NCBI GenBank assembly: GCA_964466945.1
Contig: CAYXPA010000007.1
Coordinates: forward strand, 233-64,232
Direction of reading: 5' to 3'
Source of the DNA: an uncultured Verrucomicrobiota bacterium
GTDB lineage: Bacteria; Verrucomicrobiota; Verrucomicrobiia; Limisphaerales; J093
Length of the DNA stretch: 64,000 nt
Shown here: positions 61,522 through 64,000 of the stretch, piece by piece
Position numbering within the stretch: position 1 is the stretch's first letter
How the letters are laid out: each line of letters starts with the position of its first letter
Notes under the pieces: generated by a model
The model's input: the letters and a program-made list of their open reading frames with translations, nothing else
The model's database searches: none
What the model was told of the DNA's origin: nothing
Program-made: the position numbers and the translations under genes

Positions 61522-61594
61522 GGTTACCGGGAGCCAATGGAGCCGCCAGCCGGCCGCGGGTTACGCGGGACGGCCGGAAACGGGGCGCCGTGCA

Positions 61595-62194
61595 TCACTC
61601 GTATTCGCTGGGCCCGGTGGCGGCCGGGACCTGGTCCTCGCGCGGCTTGGGGTTGGGCGGGTTGGTGCCGCGCAGGGTGTAGATGTAGCTGCCCACGGCG
61701 TGGATTTCGGCGGGCTTGAGCAGGGTCTTCCAGGTCACCATGCCCTTGTCGGGCACGCCGTTGTAGATGGTGCGGAGGTTGTCTTTGAACTCGGCGCCGT
61801 GAATCCAGTAGTCATCGGTGAGGTTGGGCCCCACCAGCCCGCCGCCGTCGGGGCGGTGGCAGGGGGCGCACATCTGCTCGAAGATGCGTTTGCCCTCGGC
61901 CAGCACGGCGGGGTCTTGCGACGGCGTGAGGGTTTCCATGTCCTTCTCGAAGCGGGCCAGCGCGGCGGCCTTGAGGGCCTCGCCGACGGCCATTTCGCGC
62001 TCGTACTCGTAGAGCATTTGGCCCTTGGCGGCGAGGTCGCCCCGGGCCAGGACGTGGTAGTAACCCAGGTAGAGGACGCCGAAGATATTGCAGCCCCAGA
62101 ACAGCCACACCCACCAGCGGGGGAGTTTGTTGTCCAGCTCGCGGATGCCGTCGGCGTCGTGGTCCAGCAACAGGGGGTCTTGCGGTTCATTCAT
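61595..62194 (-). CDS. ccoP: cbb3-type cytochrome c oxidase subunit III, short monoheme form
   Basis: DHDADGIRELDNKLPRWW, single CAPCH, GPNLTDDYWIHG. Confidence 0.92.
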   Translation of the reverse strand: MNEPQDPLLLDHDADGIRELDNKLPRWWVWLFWGCNIFGVLYLGYYHVLARGDLAAKGQMLYEYEREMAVGEALKAAALARFEKDMETLTPSQDPAVLAEGKRIFEQMCAPCHRPDGGGLVGPNLTDDYWIHGAEFKDNLRTIYNGVPDKGMVTWKTLLKPAEIHAVGSYIYTLRGTNPPNPKPREDQVPAATGPSEYE

Positions 62195-62384
62195 GGCGGG
62201 TCTCCTCGGAGGAAGTTTCGGGGGAATCGGGTTCGAGCGGCTTGGCAGCCATGTGGTGGAGGTAGGGTTTCTTGAGCAGGCACGCCCAAACCAGCATGCC
62301 CGCGTAACAGGCAAAGAAGATCAGGATCGAGAGGATCCCGTAGCGTTCGATGCCGCCGATGTGTTCGAGCACGTTGCGGATCAT
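62187..62384 (-). CDS. ccoQ: Probable cbb3 oxidase subunit CcoQ-like protein
   Basis: 65 aa, single TM, lies between ccoNO and ccoP; ends KPLE.. Confidence 0.7.
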   Translation of the reverse strand: MIRNVLEHIGGIERYGILSILIFFACYAGMLVWACLLKKPYLHHMAAKPLEPDSPETSSEETRHE

Positions 62385-62388
62385 GGCG

Positions 62389-64000
62389 TCAGGGGCCGGC
62401 CAGTTTGGGAGCCGTGCTGGCCGGGCTGCCTTTGATGTCGGTGCCCAGGCGCTGGAGGTAGGCGATCAGGGCGATGATCTCGCGGTCGGGGTCGGCCTCG
62501 ACCATGCCGACCTTGAGGTTTTGCACGATGCGCAGTTGCTGGGCGGCCATGTTCTCGTACGCCTTGGCGATGTCGTCGTCGGTGTAGGGCACGCCCAGCC
62601 GCCGCAGGGTCTTCATGCGGACCTGGACGACGTTGGTGTCGAGCTTGCGGGTGAGCAACCAGGGATACCGGGGCATGATCGAGCGGGGCGAGGTGTTCAC
62701 CGGGTTTTCCATGTGATTGTAGTGCCAGGCGTCGGGGTACTTGCCGCCCACGCGGTGGAGGTCCGGCCCGGTGCGCTTGGAGCCCCAGAGGAACGGGTGG
62801 TCATAAACGTACTCGCCCACCTTCGAGTACTCGCCGTAGCGCTCGGTCTCGGAGCGGAACGGCCGGACCATCTGCGAATGGCAGGCCACGCAACCCTCGC
62901 GGATGTAGAGGTCGCGCCCGAGCAGCTCGAGGGGCGTGTAGGGCTTGACCGCGGCGATGGTCGGCACGTTGCTTTTGATCAGGTACATCGGGATGATCTC
63001 GACCAGGCCGCCGATGAGAATGGCGATGGTGACCAGCACGGTGAAGGTGACCGGCACGCCCTCGAGCCAGCGGTGTCCGTGCCAGCCGCCGAGCTTCTTC
63101 TCCGGCGCCGCGGGCCGGGCGCTCAGGGCGGGCGCCTGGGCTTCGGTCTCGGGCACGAATTGCCCGCTCTTGGCTGTCTTGTAGAGGTTCACCCACATCA
63201 AAACGATGCCCACCACGTAGAGCGTGCCGCCGACCGCCCGGAGCATGTGCATGGGGATGATGCGGATGGTGGTTTCGAGGAAGTTGCCGTACTGCAGGAA
63301 GCCATCCGCGGTGAATTGCTTCCACATCAGGCCCTGGGTGACGCCGCTCACGTAGATGGGCACCACGTAGAACATCATCCCCAGCAGCCCGATCCAGAAG
63401 TGGTAATTCGCCAGCTTGGTGGACCAGAGCCGGGTGTTGTACAGGCGGGGGAACAGCCAGTAGAGCATCCCGAAGGTCAGGAACCCGTTCCATCCCAGCG
63501 CGCCGGTGTGGACGTGGGCGATGGTCCAGTCCGTGTAGTGCGAGAGCGCGTTGACGCTCTTGACCGCCAACGTGGGCCCCTCGAGCGTGGCCATGCCGTA
63601 GGCAGTGACGGCCACGACCAGAAACTTGAGCACCGGCTCCTGCCGCACCTTATCCCAGGCCCCGCGCAGGGTCAGCAACCCGTTCAACATCCCGCCCCAG
63701 CTCGGCGCCACGAGCATCACGCTGAAGACCATGCCCAGCGACTGCGCCCAGTCCGGCAGCGCGGTGTACAAGAGGTGATGCGGCCCGGCCCAGATGTACA
63801 CGAAGATCAACGCCCAGAAATGAATGATGGAGAGCCGGTAGCTGAACACGGGGCGTTCCGAGGCCTTGGGCAGAAAGTAGTACATCAGGCCCAGGTAGGG
63901 CGTGGTCAGGAAGAACGCCACGGCGTTGTGCCCGTACCACCACTGCACCAGCGCGTCCTGCACCCCGGCGTAAATCGAGTAGCTCTTGAACGCCCCGGCC
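62389..64000 (-). CDS. ccoN: cbb3-type cytochrome c oxidase fused subunits I/II (CcoNO), 5' end outside the window
   Basis: [18 protein letters not shown] then Cco[19 protein letters not shown] in one frame; frame stays open to the window edge. Confidence 0.95.
   Translation of the reverse strand, partial: AGAFKSYSIYAGVQDALVQWWYGHNAVAFFLTTPYLGLMYYFLPKASERPVFSYRLSIIHFWALIFVYIWAGPHHLLYTALPDWAQSLGMVFSVMLVAPSWGGMLNGLLTLRGAWDKVRQEPVLKFLVVAVTAYGMATLEGPTLAVKSVNALSHYTDWTIAHVHTGALGWNGFLTFGMLYWLFPRLYNTRLWSTKLANYHFWIGLLGMMFYVVPIYVSGVTQGLMWKQFTADGFLQYGNFLETTIRIIPMHMLRAVGGTLYVVGIVLMWVNLYKTAKSGQFVPETEAQAPALSARPAAPEKKLGGWHGHRWLEGVPVTFTVLVTIAILIGGLVEIIPMYLIKSNVPTIAAVKPYTPLELLGRDLYIREGCVACHSQMVRPFRSETERYGEYSKVGEYVYDHPFLWGSKRTGPDLHRVGGKYPDAWHYNHMENPVNTSPRSIMPRYPWLLTRKLDTNVVQVRMKTLRRLGVPYTDDDIAKAYENMAAQQLRIVQNLKVGMVEADPDREIIALIAYLQRLGTDIKGSPASTAPKLAGP

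Overview
GC-rich bacterial chromosomal segment, most consistent with Verrucomicrobia subdivision 3 (Limisphaera/Pedosphaera-like); this is inferred from gene types and sorting signals, not from a marker gene. Housekeeping genes are aceE, nikR, ychF, folA, a PG amidase, ltaE, radC, an ABC-2 exporter, parC, proB-mazG-anmK, alaS, a GNAT, a DEAD-box helicase and the 3' part of a cbb3 oxidase operon. Cell-surface loci are: (i) a 13.5-kb type IV filament (MSHA/T2SS-like) cluster with one small pilin, three large paralogous pilin-like proteins, a PilM/N-like fusion and a secretin with a Gly-Met loop; (ii) a lower-GC cassette encoding a VPDAG-tailed protein and a 944-aa PKD protein; (iii) a ~3,220-aa lamin-tail/CotH-kinase protein, divergent from two identical PEP-CTERM genes that have different promoters. 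About ten intergenic regions hold mosaics of several REP families plus heptamer tandem repeats, and two such micro-repeats also sit in frame inside alaS. No rRNA, tRNA, CRISPR array, integrase or transposase was recognised. The best candidate for an undescribed system is the pilus locus with three paralogous ~380-aa pilin-like subunits, together with a Thr-Asn-rich signature shared by many of the exported proteins. All counts and alignments were done by eye.
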